Source: the human T2T-CHM13v2.0 reference genome, Homo sapiens. Taken from it: 64,000 bases of DNA. The stretch's first letter is position 1; every line of letters starts with the position of its first letter. Positions 13,059-35,989 of the stretch are shown here, piece by piece. The position numbers and the translations under genes are program-made. The DNA lies in NCBI RefSeq assembly GCF_009914755.1, contig NC_060929.1; one strand, written 5' to 3'. The notes beneath the pieces are model-generated. The model did not search any database and was not told the origin of the DNA. It saw only the letters and a program-made list of their open reading frames with translations.

Positions 13059-14789
13059 TTAAGATCTCCATCACCAATGAAGCATCAAACTAGCCCTGAA
13101 CTCACTGCAGTTTTTAATGAGTGAACTGAGTTCAAACAGACACAAAAGAAAAGGAACACAACACATTCTTAAGTATAAAGTATTTTCTTCACAAGCACAT
13201 AAAAATTGTCTCAAATATGAGAAAGTACATTTAATTCTTTTTTTTAACTTAGTTAAAAAAAGGCCCATTTCACTTTATTTCAGAGTTATACTTAATGTAA
13301 CATCCATATATCTAGTCACATTATAAGATCTGTCTATACTGAACAAGGTACCACAAAATTATACAGTTTGCTACTCTAGTCAACTAGAATAGTAACACTC
13401 CCATACTTGCCTCAAACTACCTCTTCTTCAGTAACATTCTGAACACAAATATTACAATAAGTGCAATTTGCCACAGGACACCCTACAACAGTACTCACTA
13501 AAGAAAATTTATTGTCAAAGAACATAACAATTAGAAGATATATGTTGCATTCATTTGAATGATGCCAATGAATTAAGGCAAATATACATAAATGAATAAA
13601 AATCAAAAGCTTTACTTTTGAAAATCGTCCATATATTCATTAATTTACTCAACAGATAGGTCTTCAGTGTGTATGATGTGAAAGGCACTCATTTGGGTAG
13701 CCTATGTTTCATTAAACTGCTCAACTTCTTGACCGTAAATACAGTGTTGAGATAACTAAAAACGGGGGAGAGTGGATTTGACAAGGGGTGTTCACACTTC
13801 TTAAGGACACAAATAGTATTTTTTCCCTCAAAAGGAAAAGTGTTTGCAAATAAAAACAGGTTTTCTGACTGTGATTAGAAAATTATTTTTACTCACGCAG
13901 ACAATCGCAATTCAAGAATTGACAGAGTTTAATGTTGTGGTCCTTGTGGTGCATTTCCACGCAAATACAAGTGCAAATTGCACTGCAATATTAAAGGACT
14001 TGTCTGTCTTGGATGTCAAAGGACATTTCTCTGGTTGGCACCGTAGTTATGATTTGATATACATCTATGTCTGGTGCCACTTAATCAAGTAAAGTTTTCC
14101 CTTGCAATAAAAGGCTTTGTGAATTTTACAGAAAAGCCACAATCATGTGTTTTTTAATGCAAAATGACATTTCCATTCTTCTTGAGCAGGTAGTGACATT
14201 TCCCCTTGAGCTCTCCTAAAGCTCTTTTCCCCGTAAATATCCTACCCTTCCTTAAATGGAGTTAGAAGTCATTTATTTTTTATTAAAAAATCACTGCCAT
14301 GAAGTCAAGGTTTTTCTATCTGAGGATGAAAATTATGCTAACCAAAATGTGTACATTTCATTTTAAAAAAGTGTTTTCAGACAAGAGGCCTGAGGTATTA
14401 TCTAATTTTTCAGTATCCTTTCACAATGTTAATATCTACTCTGAGAAAGCCCTGTGCTGTTGGAATAACTAACTCCCATGTTTTCAGTTATAGTTTTTTA
14501 ATCACACTAGAAATTAGACAAAGTTGAAATGTCATATCATCCAGTCATCTTATAATCACCTAAAGTGTAAGTCAATCCTATTTACATGACACGATTCTTA
14601 GAAGTGAAATATTCTGTTGTCAATAATTGTTACACTAAATTAAATTTGCCTTATTCAAACTATTTTGTTTGTGTTCATGGAGCACTTTTCAATTCATTGA
14701 AATTTTAGACAAAAATAAAAGCCAAACTCAAATACAGAACATAATCTTTTTAAAGAAAGCATATCATACAAAACAAACACATGCACGAG

Positions 14790-15173
14790 AGAGAGAGAGG
14801 GAGAGAGAATGAGAGAGAGTCTTATTTTAAGGAATTAGCTCAAATGGTTGTGGAGGCCGTCAAATTCAACATCTGCAGGGTAGGCTGTCAGGCTGGAGGC
14901 CCAAAAAGAATTGATGTTGTAGCTTGAGTCTGATGACAGTTTTGAAAAGCTATTTCTTTTCCCTGACACCTCTGTTTATTTTATCTCAAAGTCTTCGACT
15001 GACTAGATGAGACCCACCTGCATTATGGAGGGTGATTTTCTTTATTCAAAGTCTACTGATTTGATTGTTAATCTTATCTTAAAAATACTTCACAGCAACA
15101 TCCAGAGTGCTTTTTGACCAAATCCTGAGACATTTTGTCCTAGTCAAACTGACACATAAAATTAGCCATCACA
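14790..15173 (-). mobile_element. MLT2 (ERVL) LTR
   Basis: AAGGAATTAGCTCA...GATGAGACCCACC...GACACATAAAATTAGCCATCACA is antisense MLT2; internal (GA)n tract. Confidence 0.85.
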
Positions 15174-15209
15174 GACATTAAATAGATCCAGTTGCTGGTA
15201 CAAGATTAC

Positions 15210-15621
15210 TGATATGTTTTGGATGTTTTGTCCCCTTCAAATCTCATGTTGAAAGTGACCTCCAATGTTGGAGGTGGGCCTAGTGGGAGATGTTTGGACC
15301 ATGGGGAAGAATTCCTCATGAATGGCTTAGTGCTGTCCTCACAGTAATGAGTGAGTTCTCACTCTGAATTCATGCAAGATCTGGTGTTAAAAAGAGACTC
15401 ACATGTCTTCCCTCTCTCTTGCTCCCTGTCTTGCTATATGACACATTGGCTCCCCTTCATCTTCCGCCATGATTGTAAGCTTTCTAAGGCCTGATGTGAA
15501 GCAGATGCTGGCACCATGTTGCTTGTATAGCCAGCAGAACTGTGAGCCAAATAAACCTATTTTCTTTATAAATTTTACAATTTCATGTATTTCTTTATAG
15601 CAATGCAAATGGATTAATACA
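15210..15621 (+). mobile_element. MST (MSTB-like) solo LTR
   Basis: TGATATGTTTTGGATG...AAATCTCATGTTGAAA ... TTCTTTATAGCAATGCAAATGGATTAATACA; complete MaLR LTR with TG...CA ends. Confidence 0.9.
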
Positions 15622-18600
15622 ATCATTATCCAATTCATTTTGTGTGTATATGTAGAAATGTACACGCTGTTAATCTCTTCCCATTGCTATAATGAATAGA
15701 ATACACAGATCTTAAAACAATATGGGAAATTTGGTTATATTGATAAAAGAATTGGTTGGATCATTCTGGAATTCGAATGATTTAGCAATCTTTTCCCACA
15801 GCACTAAGGACCATGAGTATTGAGAGCAGTAGCTTTTCCAGCTCAGCACCTTCAAATTGATGGGCTATAAGCATAGAATTAAAAACAAAATCATTTGTTA
15901 ATTTAACACCTCGCAGTTTTGTATAACAACTATTGTACTTGAATGTCAAAGATCATGGCAAATTCAAAAAAACATATATTTTTATTTTGTATTTAGTTGT
16001 AATGTTTTAATAATCAAACATACTCCTGAGACAGTAGTTATGTTTCAAAGAAAAATTGGAATAAATAGAAAAGAAATTGCTCTGACAAGAAATCTGAAAA
16101 CAAATATAAGACGTATTCAGTTTTACTAACCATCTTTAATACAGGCATCAAGTACAGACATAAAGGTCTTTTTTCTCAACACACATATGCATAGCTCCTC
16201 TTCTTTCATATGCCTTTAATGACACTATGTGTTTGTTATTTTACTGTATGTTTAATCACCATACTTTACTAAATTTTATTTTGGAGTAAGCAATGCATTT
16301 ATACGGTTCAAAAATCAGTAAAATTATCCACTTAAATTCCTCCCCATACTTGTCTCTCATTTCCCTAGTTTTCCCCTCATCTATTCATCCCCCCAGTGTT
16401 ATTACTTTCCTATACATCCCTCCATGTGCATGTTTAATGCATTGTGATGGAGATAATGAGTGTGCCCTCAGTAGCTACTCTGTATTTCTTTCTCAGTAAA
16501 ATATGTTTTAGTTAGACCTAGAACTACCATGCTAAAATCTAAAAGCTACATTCACAGCTGCATTATGTCTAAGTTAAAGTAACTGATGTGAATGGAAGAG
16601 ATATGAACAATTAAAAAGGAGAGTGTTCTCTTGCTTACACACCTTTACCTAATCCCACTGCCCTGCATTCAGATACACTGTTGGAAGAGAATCAGTTATC
16701 CTTGATCATGAAAATACCACGTCAAAGACTTTATAAGAACAAAATAGGAGTCTGAAACTTCAACCACATGGAGTACTTTCTTTAGAAAACTTCCAAAAGG
16801 CCTTAAAATTATCTTCAAATGATTCTTTTTTTATCATTTTAATTTTATTTGGGGGACTCCGTATATTGGCCATCTCTTATCAACTTCTATGTCTAGCTTT
16901 AGCTCTGTCTCTAAAGAGAGATAGTTTGTCTTTATTCTTTCAATTGTGTCTTTTATGTTAGTGGATCTCCTTATTTCCACTTTTCATTACCTTACTATCT
17001 TTTCCATGTGTATACATTCCTTCTTATGCTTTTATTTTTGGTGGGATAGGGCAGATTTTATTTTACTTTCTTCCTTAGTTGCCCTAGCTTACATTTCATC
17101 TCTTGCTTTTGTTTCATGATCTCCTACCTATTACTGAAATTTTCTTTCAAAGATCTTTTTCAAAGATATAATTTCTCTTCCTATTCCTCCTCCTTCTCTC
17201 TCTTACTATTATTTACAGAAGAACATTTGTCCCCAATTTTCATTTTTTATAAAATATTTTTCTGGTCAGTATAAATTGATTTTCATAAATGTTGTGAAAT
17301 GTCTTCTACATTTTCCCTTATGGTACCAGTTCTTTATTTTTTCCTATTTTAAAACATGAATTAGTAAATGAGTTGGATTATCTTAGACCATATATTTGCA
17401 GAAAGTTTCTGTGGAAATGAAATAGTGAAATGATGCATAACCAAAGCTTTCCTCCTTCTCTGCTAATTCAGAGACAGGCAGCATCTTTCCAGTATGGCTC
17501 ATTTGTGTGAATCACTGTAAAATCTGTTCTTTACTGCTTTTCACACCACCTTATTTTCTTCATTTCCTACAACCTTTGTTAAAAATTAAGCACATGGATT
17601 TGACATTTTAAAGTGGATCGCTCACCTAAGAATTTGTCATATCTGCCATCACTTTCTCACTCTCACATTCTTGGATTCTCTTTACCTTTATTGATCAAAG
17701 TTCACATTCTCATGAAATAAATAGTAATGGGATATGGAAAAATGGATGATCTATTTAGACAAACTTCTTGAAAGGACAGGGCAAGGATTTGTGACTAATT
17801 ATTCAAGGTAGAGATGTTGGAGTACTCAAGGGAGTAGTCTTGATTTATCAATAAGACATCATACTGAGATAGTAAGTTCAATATTTAAGGGGGTATGGTA
17901 CAATTATTAACATTTTCTACTGACTAGGTCATAGTCAATGTAAATAACTGAGGTGTTCATGCATTCAAATAGCCTTATCGCTCCTACCCAGAGGTCATAG
18001 CTGCAGAATTGAAAGCTCCAGTAATAGTGGACAAGTATATTTTGCTTAATAATTTGATTGAACTGTCTTGGGCTGCTGTCACCATTTGGAGAGCTTGGGA
18101 GCTTCTTGTTCTCCCTAGCCCTGGTTAAAATCAAGTCAACAAACATTGCTCAAAATTCTTTTTCAAACATATTTGAAAAAGTGTTGAGTATATTTCTTCC
18201 TTTGAACCATGAGAATAAATATGCAGTGATGACCAGAAAATATGTGAAGAGATGCAGGTAAAATAAAATGTCTTCCAAATGTTTAAATGAATTTGGGAAA
18301 TACCTCTTTTACTTACATATTTCAAAAATAATCAGATAACTTTATTTGGAAGCATTCTTCATTTTCAGATTCCTACAGGTTTGCTAACTGCATCAAAACT
18401 TAGAGGAATATGGTATTTTCAATCCTTTATTAAAATCTAATCTTGAGACAGTCTTGGCCTACTTTTAAAATTAAAAGTTTTCATAGTTTAGTGAAATTCA
18501 GCTAAATTTTCAAAGATTGCTGTCTTTACAGGAATCTTCCCTTATTTACTATTGAGCCATTATATCCAGTTCATGTATGTTAAAGAATTTTAATAATACA

Positions 18601-19297
18601 ACTATTAAATCCTGCTGCTTTTATTTCAAGAAAATGAAAGTGGACTAGAGCAGCATAGATAATATAAAGTAACTTACAGATACACTAACAAAAGAATCCA
18701 TTCTCATCAAAATACACTCAGCATTAATGAACCTATTCCTATCTTAGAAAACAGTATTCTTTTCCCTCCCTTATGTTCCTCCCCACCACCACTACCACGC
18801 AAAAGCATTCAATGGCTGGATTTCAGTTGGTGATGATTTGAACAATACATATTTGGAATTAGGAACGATCACAGCACAGAGCTGTAGAAAGAATTGTTAA
18901 ATGAATTTATATAAGCCTGTCACTAACTAGTTGGTCCTGATACTAGCTAGTTGATTGACTTTAGAAACAGAATTTTATAAAATCCTTAAGACCTCTCCAT
19001 TTCATTTTATTCATAATAAAATTGATTTTATTAAAATGGAAACATCAGGGTAGTCTAGGTACATTATTATATAGTAAAGCCTGTTTAACAATGTTAAAAT
19101 ATTACCATTAACTTATCGGTTGCTTGCATCTATTATAATGATATAATTAAGCATTCTAAATCTCTTCGGAACCAGTATTCTCCACACATTTGATGAGAGA
19201 GATAAAAATACTAATAAAATAGACTTAAATATTTGCATTTCAAACTATCCATAAATAGCAAACTCTATGATATCTAACATTAGGTGTGGATGTAGAG

Positions 19298-19760
19298 GCA
19301 ATTCCTGTCATTTGCAACAATATGGATGAAACTGGAAGACATATGGTAAGTGAAATACACCAGACACAGAAATACAAAAAGCATGCTCTCACTCATATAT
19401 GGAAACCAAAAGAGTTGACATCATAGAAGTAGTGGATAGAACTGTGGTCATCAGAGAATGAGGGGGTGGAAGGAGTGGGGAAAGATTGGTCAACGGGTAC
19501 AAAGTTACAATGAGTAAGGAAGAAAAAGTTCTAGTATCCTTTTTCATAATAGAGTGACTGCAGTCAACAAAAAGATATTGTATACCCCAAAATAGCAAGA
19601 GAGGATTCTGAATATTCCTACCACAAATAAACGATAAATTTTTATTATAGTTACATTAATTATCCTGATTTGATTATTACAGGGTGTATATATGAAGTGA
19701 AATATTACATTATACAGCATAAATATGTACAATTGTTATTGGCCAATAAAAAAATAATAA
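19298..19760 (+). mobile_element. L1MA/MB-type 3' end
   Basis: CCTGTCATTTGCAACAATATGGATGAAACTGG ORF2 end, then 3'UTR (GGTCAACGGGTACAAAGTTAC) and CAATAAAAAA. Confidence 0.85.
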
Positions 19761-21479
19761 TTTTAAAAGATTAATATAGCAGAAACTATCAGTTCCAGGT
19801 GTGGGTCCCCTCATATCCCTGAGACTTTTTCTGTGATGTCTAGCTTTATCATGTGTCTGATTGCATAAGCAAGCCCTCATCTCAGACTGTCTTTGCGATA
19901 TTGCACTCCAGGTACTAGAGCAGATTTGCTTAAGTAAGCAGCGAAAGCAGAAGAAATCTTTACTCAATAAATGATGAATGCAGGTGTAAGCTCAGCCGCC
20001 ATAGCCAGAGCAAAAAAAAAAAAAAAAAAAAAAAATTCTGTTGTAATTTATGGCTGAGTCTGGGACATCTTTGGCTTATTCGCCTTCTATCTTCTCCTTC
20101 CTCTATTTATTCACTGATTTTGTCTGAAAATGGTCCCTAAATTAATTACTGACAAGTGAATTCTCACCTAAAACTGTGCTGTCAGAAAACCAAATCTAAG
20201 ATAGATACCTTTTGAAAGTAGAGAAATGAGACATAGAAAATTTTGAGTGAAAACAGCCACTTAAGTACTATCTAATTATTTTTTTTAGAAAACCATCTGG
20301 ATTTTTCAGTTTTATCTTTATTAAAGCTACCCAAGATCTAAAAACAGGTTAATATTCTAGAAACATGGAACTCGAAGCCCTTCAGAGTATGGTCTTAAAC
20401 TGCCTTTCATTTCTTATCCATTGCAAAAATTCTGAGCATAATTTATATTTAAACCATTGTAAGCATCATTCTTCCAATACCCCAAATTATACTATAATAG
20501 TATGCCTCAGTTCTTTTTTTTTTATTTTTCCTTCACCAGTTGAAATATGACAGATATTTTTGAGCCTCAAACGAAAGTGATATTGATATATAATTGTTCA
20601 CTTCTAATAGAGGTTACTTGGAAGGAAAATAACACTTCAAATTAAATTGTGGAGAAAATGAAAGATTTGTTGAAGGAAAGAAAGATTACTAGATAATTTC
20701 AACATTAATGAGAGTGAGGAAATAGCAAATAATAAGAATAAGATAAGACAAAGAGCATTTTATAAAGTTTTGTATTTAAATTTAGTCATTAGAAAAAAGA
20801 CAACCTTATAAAAAATGAATAATACATTTAAAATTATAAATTAAAAAAACAAAAAATACAGTCATATAGATGTCAGGTCATAAAAAGGAGAGAAATAATA
20901 GTTTAGAAATATCAGAAATTAAAAGAAAACTGCACTACAGATCTTTTAGTCATTAAAAAGATAAATTCTTTTATGAGAGTGATGGACTGTCTTTTGGATA
21001 GCTCACCAGAATAAAACATCTATCACACATGGCTAAAATTAAAAAGCAACTACCTAAAAGTGCTGGGTAGTGGACAGAAGCAGACAAACTCTTGTAAAAT
21101 GTATATTCTTGAAGGGCAGTTAGAAGGACCTGCATTAAAGAAGTTTCCTTTTTTAGGACATGCAGTCCCAATGTGGCATACACAGTTAGCAGGGGTGTGA
21201 GGGGAAAAAATATATTTTTCTTAATGAGATTGTTAGTATAACAAAGCCGGAGAAATCATGGCTACCATAAATGACTAAAGAATGCTATAAGAAAAGAGTC
21301 AAAAAAGGGGTATCTAAATCCTGTCTACCTATAAGTCTGACTGACCCCCAAATCATTCATGCAATATGCCCACTAAAAAAAAGAAAAATGTTAAGAAGAT
21401 CTCAACAGAAGCCAGAAATGCCACCCAAGATCCAGAGTTTGGAAGTCAAGAGAAGAAAAATAATAATTAAAAAAACACC

Positions 21480-22010
21480 AGAATCCACAATCTCACATAT
21501 TAACGTGAATAATGAGCAGTATATAATTCACAAAGCCCCAAAAGAACAAGAGCAACAATTGAATGCATACTCTAGAGAAAAATAAATCCACCAAATCTGG
21601 CATTGAGATGGACCAGAAATATTCCTTTGTTTTGTTATGTTTCATGTAACGTCTACCCTAACTATTCTAAATTAAGTGAAGCAAATTAGTCTGACAATGA
21701 ATAAAATGATAGAGAAAAGTAGGAGACAATTCAAGCAGAAAAATTGAAATACACAAAAACCAAAGAAAAATTTCAAATAAAGACTACCTAAAATTAAAAT
21801 AAACAAAAAGTTACTAGATGGAAGGAAGAGCAGAATGAAATGATAGAGGTCAGATCTGGTGAGCTTGAAACAGAAAATTTATCTCCAATGTGAGGAAGCA
21901 GAAAGAGAAAAAAAATGGCAACAAAATAAACAGAGCCTCAGAGTCTGTGAGATAGTATCAAACTATTTAATATGTGTGGCATTTGAGTCCAGGAGGAAGA
22001 GAACAACAGT
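21480..22010 (+). mobile_element. Ancient L1M ORF1 fragment
   Basis: A-rich ORF1-like motifs (GGTGAGCTTGAAA, AACAGAGCCTCAGAGTCTGTGAGA, GAGTCCAGGAGGAAGAGA). Confidence 0.6.
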
Positions 22011-22024
22011 GGACTTCTTTGAAG

Positions 22025-23950
<1,926 letters not shown>

Positions 23951-23959
23951 CAATGTAAT

Positions 23960-24824
23960 AGGCAAAAATTGAATTAATCTAACAGTATAAGAAGGACACA
24001 ACAAAATGGCTACTAAATCACATTAATAAATCACAGCTTATCACATTAACAGATTATAAGGAGAAAAAACATACAACCATCTCAATAGATGCAGTAAAAA
24101 CACGTGTTTAAATTCAAGACCCATTCATAATCACACATAACGAAAAAGTAACGGAAGGCAACTTTCCTAATCTGCTTAAGAGTGTGTACAAATAAGCAAG
24201 TGTACAGCAAGCATTACATTTAATTGTGAATGATTGAAGTCTTCTATTCTGAGATTGGGAAATACACAAGGATACCTACTGTCACTATTTCTATGCAGCA
24301 TTGTACCTAAGGTCTCAATCAAAGCAATAATGATAAAGAAAGAGGACTAAAATATTAACTCATTGGGAAAAAATAAAACTGTTCTTATACTGAGATAAAA
24401 TTATTGCATATGAGAAAAATTAAAAACTCTAAAGATAATTATTGGAAATAATACTTGATATTAGCAATGCTATTTAGACACAAAATCAATGTTTGAAAAT
24501 AGGGTATATTTCATTTTAAAACATCACATTTGTAAAAGCAACAAAACTAACCAAATACATAGCAAATACATCTAATTCCTAATTTCTCAATGAAAAATTT
24601 GAAATATTATTAAGAGAATATTTTTAAAACTTAAAGGAATATAGTTTCCAGTATTTAAAGAATTAATAATTATACTATATAAATTCCCTTCAAACGTATG
24701 TATAGGTTAAATCTATTATCAAAGTATCACCAGTGCTCTTCTGAAATTGAAAAGTTGATTGCAATTCATACATAAATAAAAATATACATAAATTGCCAAG
24801 AGGATCTTTCTTAAAAAAGCTGGA
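23960..24824 (+). mobile_element. Ancient L1M ORF2 fragment (left part of host element)
   Basis: CATCTCAATAGATGCAGTAAAA...AAATTCAAGACCCATTCATAAT and later RT-region remnants. Confidence 0.7.
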
Positions 24825-31774
<6,950 letters not shown>

Positions 31775-33540
31775 AAAAGCTGGAGCACTAGCATAATTGG
31801 ATATTAACATATAAAACTACAGCAGAAGTATTAGACAATAAGCCAGTCAGGCATGTTACAAAGAGACACAGACATGAGGAATTTCTTCATGACAAATTTG
31901 TTACCCCCATTTGAACAGTGGGTAACAAATGGAATTTTCACCAAGAGATGCTGGATCAAATGGACTTCTATGCAGGAAAATAATAGTATTTGAAAAGTGC
32001 TTGAAAAGTGCCTCACAGTATGTAGAAGGCTAAACAATAACACTTTTAGTAGAAAACAGAACAATATTATCACTGCCTTGGGTAAGAAACATTTGTTAAA
32101 TCAAACACAGAAACCATTAGCTTAAAGAGCAAAATGATAATTGGATGACATTAAAATTAAGAACTTCTGTTAATCAAAATTACCATTATGTGAATGTCAA
32201 AGTAAATCACATATTAAAAGAAGGCATTTACAATATGCATATTTGAAAAGAGAAATACATTCAGAAAAATGAAAGACTACAAAATCAAAAAGAAAAAGAC
32301 AGCTCAATTAAAACTAGCAAAAGACTTCAAGCAGCCACTTCATGCAAAAAAAAGATATACGAGTGTCCAAATATCCAACAAACATTTGAATTTCGCTGAA
32401 TTACATTAGTCATCAGAGAAATGTTAATTAAAACCACAGCAAGATACCACTACACACTCACCAACAAAGCTAAAATATAGCACACTAAAATACAAAGGTT
32501 TTTGTCTTTTTTCCCTATGCTCTCTCTGTCTCAACCAACAAAGATTGAATGAAGAGTTGTGTAACTAAATTTTTTGTACATTGGTAGTAAATTGGTATAG
32601 CCTTTTATAAAAATGTGTTTACTAAACTTAAGCAAACAAATGCTGTTATCCAACAATCCTACTCCTAAATATATATCCCAAAGAAATTTACTAGAATGTT
32701 TGCAGTAGCTCTACTGAAAAAAGCCAATAATTGAGGGCAGCCCAGATGCCCTTCTACAGTCGAGTGGATAAACATCTTCTATAATGGTTTCACAGGTTGA
32801 GTTCTCTGGAGGAAGATTCTGAGATGGAGTCTGGAGTGCAAGATGATCATTAGGGACCAATACCTGTGAAAAGAAGGAAAAAGAAGTACTCATTGAACAG
32901 AGAGGCAAGTCGAACTGATGCAGGAACATCAAAGCCTTAGTCTGAAACAGGCCAGGATCTCAGGCATGCGAACTGCCCATCAGAGTTGTCTAGATTGGGT
33001 TAAATTCGTGGGGATTTTGTAACACTCATCATACTCAGTAACCAGATGTGGAGTGTCCCAGGAAGTACATAACGTAAGTGAGGGAGTTCTCTGCAGCTAA
33101 AACAGAACATGAAGGAGATGACAGATGGAGGATGTTTGCTGACATTGGTCTCTTCAGCTGGACAGCTCTGAGCACCCATCGCCAGGTCAGCAACTACTAT
33201 TATGGAATATCATATATTCAATGACAATGGATAAATTATTGTTGAATGAAATAGGAATAAATCTTACAAATATCATTTTAGGTAAACAAATAGATGGCAT
33301 AATTTCATTTATATAAAGTTCAAAAACAGGAAAAGTTGAACCTGATGTTCAAAACCAGTATATTTTTACTTAGTGAGAGGGGTCAGTGACTGGGAGGACG
33401 CCAGGGGCTTCTTGGGTGATGGCAATGTTCTATTTATTGGCTAACTGCATCACACATGGGTGTGCTCGCTTTGTTAAAATTAATTCAACACTACTTTTAT
33501 GTTCACATTTCCTTAGACATGTTATATGCTAGAAGAAGGC
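31775..33540 (+). mobile_element. Ancient L1M ORF2 and 3' end (right part of host element), split by an LTR
   Basis: ORF2 motifs resume (GACATTAAAATTAAGAACTTCTGTT, CATTAGTCATCAGAGAAATG, AAAACCACAGCAAGATACCACTAC), then an L1ME-like 3'UTR. Confidence 0.7.
32790..33175 (-). mobile_element. ERVL LTR16-family LTR
   Basis: CAGGTTGAGTTCTCTGGAGGAAGATTCTGAGATGGAGTCTGGAGTGCAAG is the antisense LTR16 3' motif. Confidence 0.7.
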
Positions 33541-33599
33541 AAATGAAAAGTGGTTGATAGTTATGCTCCTTAAAACGGCCAACAACTCTCCTAGAGCAG

Positions 33600-34100
33600 A
33601 AATAAAACATATACAAGGAAGGTAGAAAGAATCTCACTGGTCACAGGAAATTTTAAGACATCTCTTACAATTAAGTAGACAAAATGTAAATAAATATAGA
33701 AAATCTAAAAAACATAATCAAAAGTGTGTGTGTTTATCACATATACTTATATACACGAGCCATGGTAAAAATAAATACACTTTTTAAAATACTCATGGAA
33801 CATTCATCAAGAACTTCTCATATATTAGACCACAAAAGACAAGCAACAAAAACAACCCTCCCACCCATAGTTTCCAAAGATTCAAATAACAAAAACAGCA
33901 TTTTCTAACTACAATGAAATAAAACTTACATTGAAAACATATCAAAAATAAAAAAGGTCCTTCCACTGGTGAATAAAAATTACATTTTAAATCAAAGAAG
34001 AAGTACAAAGCAAATTTCATGAATTTCTGGAAAATAAAGTGAAAATAAAATTTATCAAAATTATGGGCTATAAAATGCAGGTAAAATGTTTCCACCTCCC
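33600..34100 (+). mobile_element. Ancient L1 ORF2 EN-region fragment
   Basis: CTCATGGAACATTCATCAAGA...CATATATTAGACCACAAAA and CTACAATGAAATAAAACT motifs. Confidence 0.55.
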
Positions 34101-35989
34101 TTATACACACAGCATGGTTCAAGGGAACTTGATAAATTAAGGCTTGTCAATATTTTTTCCTAGAATATTATTTTTTCTATTTCAATCTCACCCTTTTTTC
34201 GGATCCATCATTGAACACCTCTTCATTTTCTCCAAAACCAAATATAAGCTTGCCTTGTTTAATATTCATAGAAGATATAAATAAGTTGATTTAAATTCTG
34301 TTTGATTCAGAGATGTGAGTAGACAACAGGATGTCTTTGTACATCTTTATTGATACTTTTATTTCCTATTATGCTTTGCTATTATTTGTCAACTTTTCTT
34401 AATCTCTAATTTAAAACAGAAGCTAGGCCAAAGTTTGTGTGTCTTTACACAGTGTACACTCAGTAAAGTGCATTGCTAATAGATGGTAAATAATAAATAT
34501 TTCTAACTAAATAAAAACTGTCTAAATGGTCATTGTGCATTTTATTCCTCATTTTCTTCATCAGGTATGTTTCTTAAAAAAATTAATAAAAAAATTATAA
34601 TTATGATTTTGTCATTTATATTTTACACAAAACTCTGTAAACCCAAGAATTCAATGGCACACAACTATATACATTTTAAACCAAGTGAAAATTTTATTTC
34701 TGAATCAGCAATTCTTAATTAGTCATTTTGGAAATGCTTAATATTTTGGACGGAAATAACTGACATATCTTTTTCTCAGTGTCTCTATATGAACAGTAAT
34801 CACTGGTAGCGATTAAGACTGCTTAATTTTTGACGAGCATATTTTAGTTCACTTATGAGTTTCTCTCTTGCTTCTTTTGTGTTTAATGATAGACTGATGA
34901 CTTTTAATGTTATATTGATTTTTTTTTAACAGTAGAATCTCAGGACAGATCAGGTTAAATTTTCCCCAGTGCCTTAATAATTAGAAGAATGTTTCCGGTG
35001 TGTACTTGAAAACTACAGGCATAACATTTAATATAAGTCAGCATGCCAAACATAAATGGTGGCAGCATTCCAGAAAGGATTAAATTCATTGAATAGTTGT
35101 TAATAAGGTTTTTACTCAGGAGTAATTCTTCTCTCTCATTTCCTCTCTCTGTGTTAGCAACTCCAAAAACAGCCCTTCCTAATGAATTATTGAATCAACC
35201 AAGATAAAATAATATAAATGAATATACACAATTTTCCATTAAATGATACAATCCTAAAGACTTTTACAAACTCATTTATTATGTAAAATAAGCTTAGATA
35301 GCAAAAGAACATAGAAACAATGAGATTAATAAACACCTCCTATGACAAAAGACTTATGGAGATATATTAGTTATATATAAATGTGTCCTTAGTGAAGGTG
35401 CAGTTTGAATATGTGGTTTAGACTCTAAGTTTAGAAGAAGGCAGAAAAAAAAGTATAATTTTTTTATGTTGCCAAGTATAAGAAGGCATTTATACAATGA
35501 AGGAAACTGGGTTTATTTCATGCAAATTAGTCACATGATTCACAAGTTAGACATTTATAAGGAACAAATTCATATTGAGATACTAGTTTGGATAGTTAGG
35601 TCCTTCCCACAGCCAGATGAGAGCATTATATTACTGTGCTTTCTTCTTTAAAAATTCACACATCCCCTCTTTGTGCTCCCACTGCTAAAATACATGAGAG
35701 GCAAAATATTCATGAGAGGCAAAATTTTCAGGTAAGAAAAATGTCAGTTGGAGAAAAATATGATGTTAAGGTCATTAAGTTAGAGAAAATAATTTTAGAG
35801 ACTACCTTTGTCTTATCTATTACCAGTATGAATAAAAAATATCTCCTTCATAAAATCCTGTGTTATTCAAATGTCAGCTACAGGGTTTTTTTTTAACCAC
35901 TTACTAAAAAATATGCTAATGTGTTGCTTATACATTTAATAAATCCTTTTATTTTAACCTCATAGTGAGAACCAGTGTCTCATACTACT

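Noticed and set aside
33462-33471. GTGCTCGCTT matching the U6 snRNA 5' end
   Set aside because: Only 10 nt, with no continuation; lies in an L1ME-like 3'UTR.
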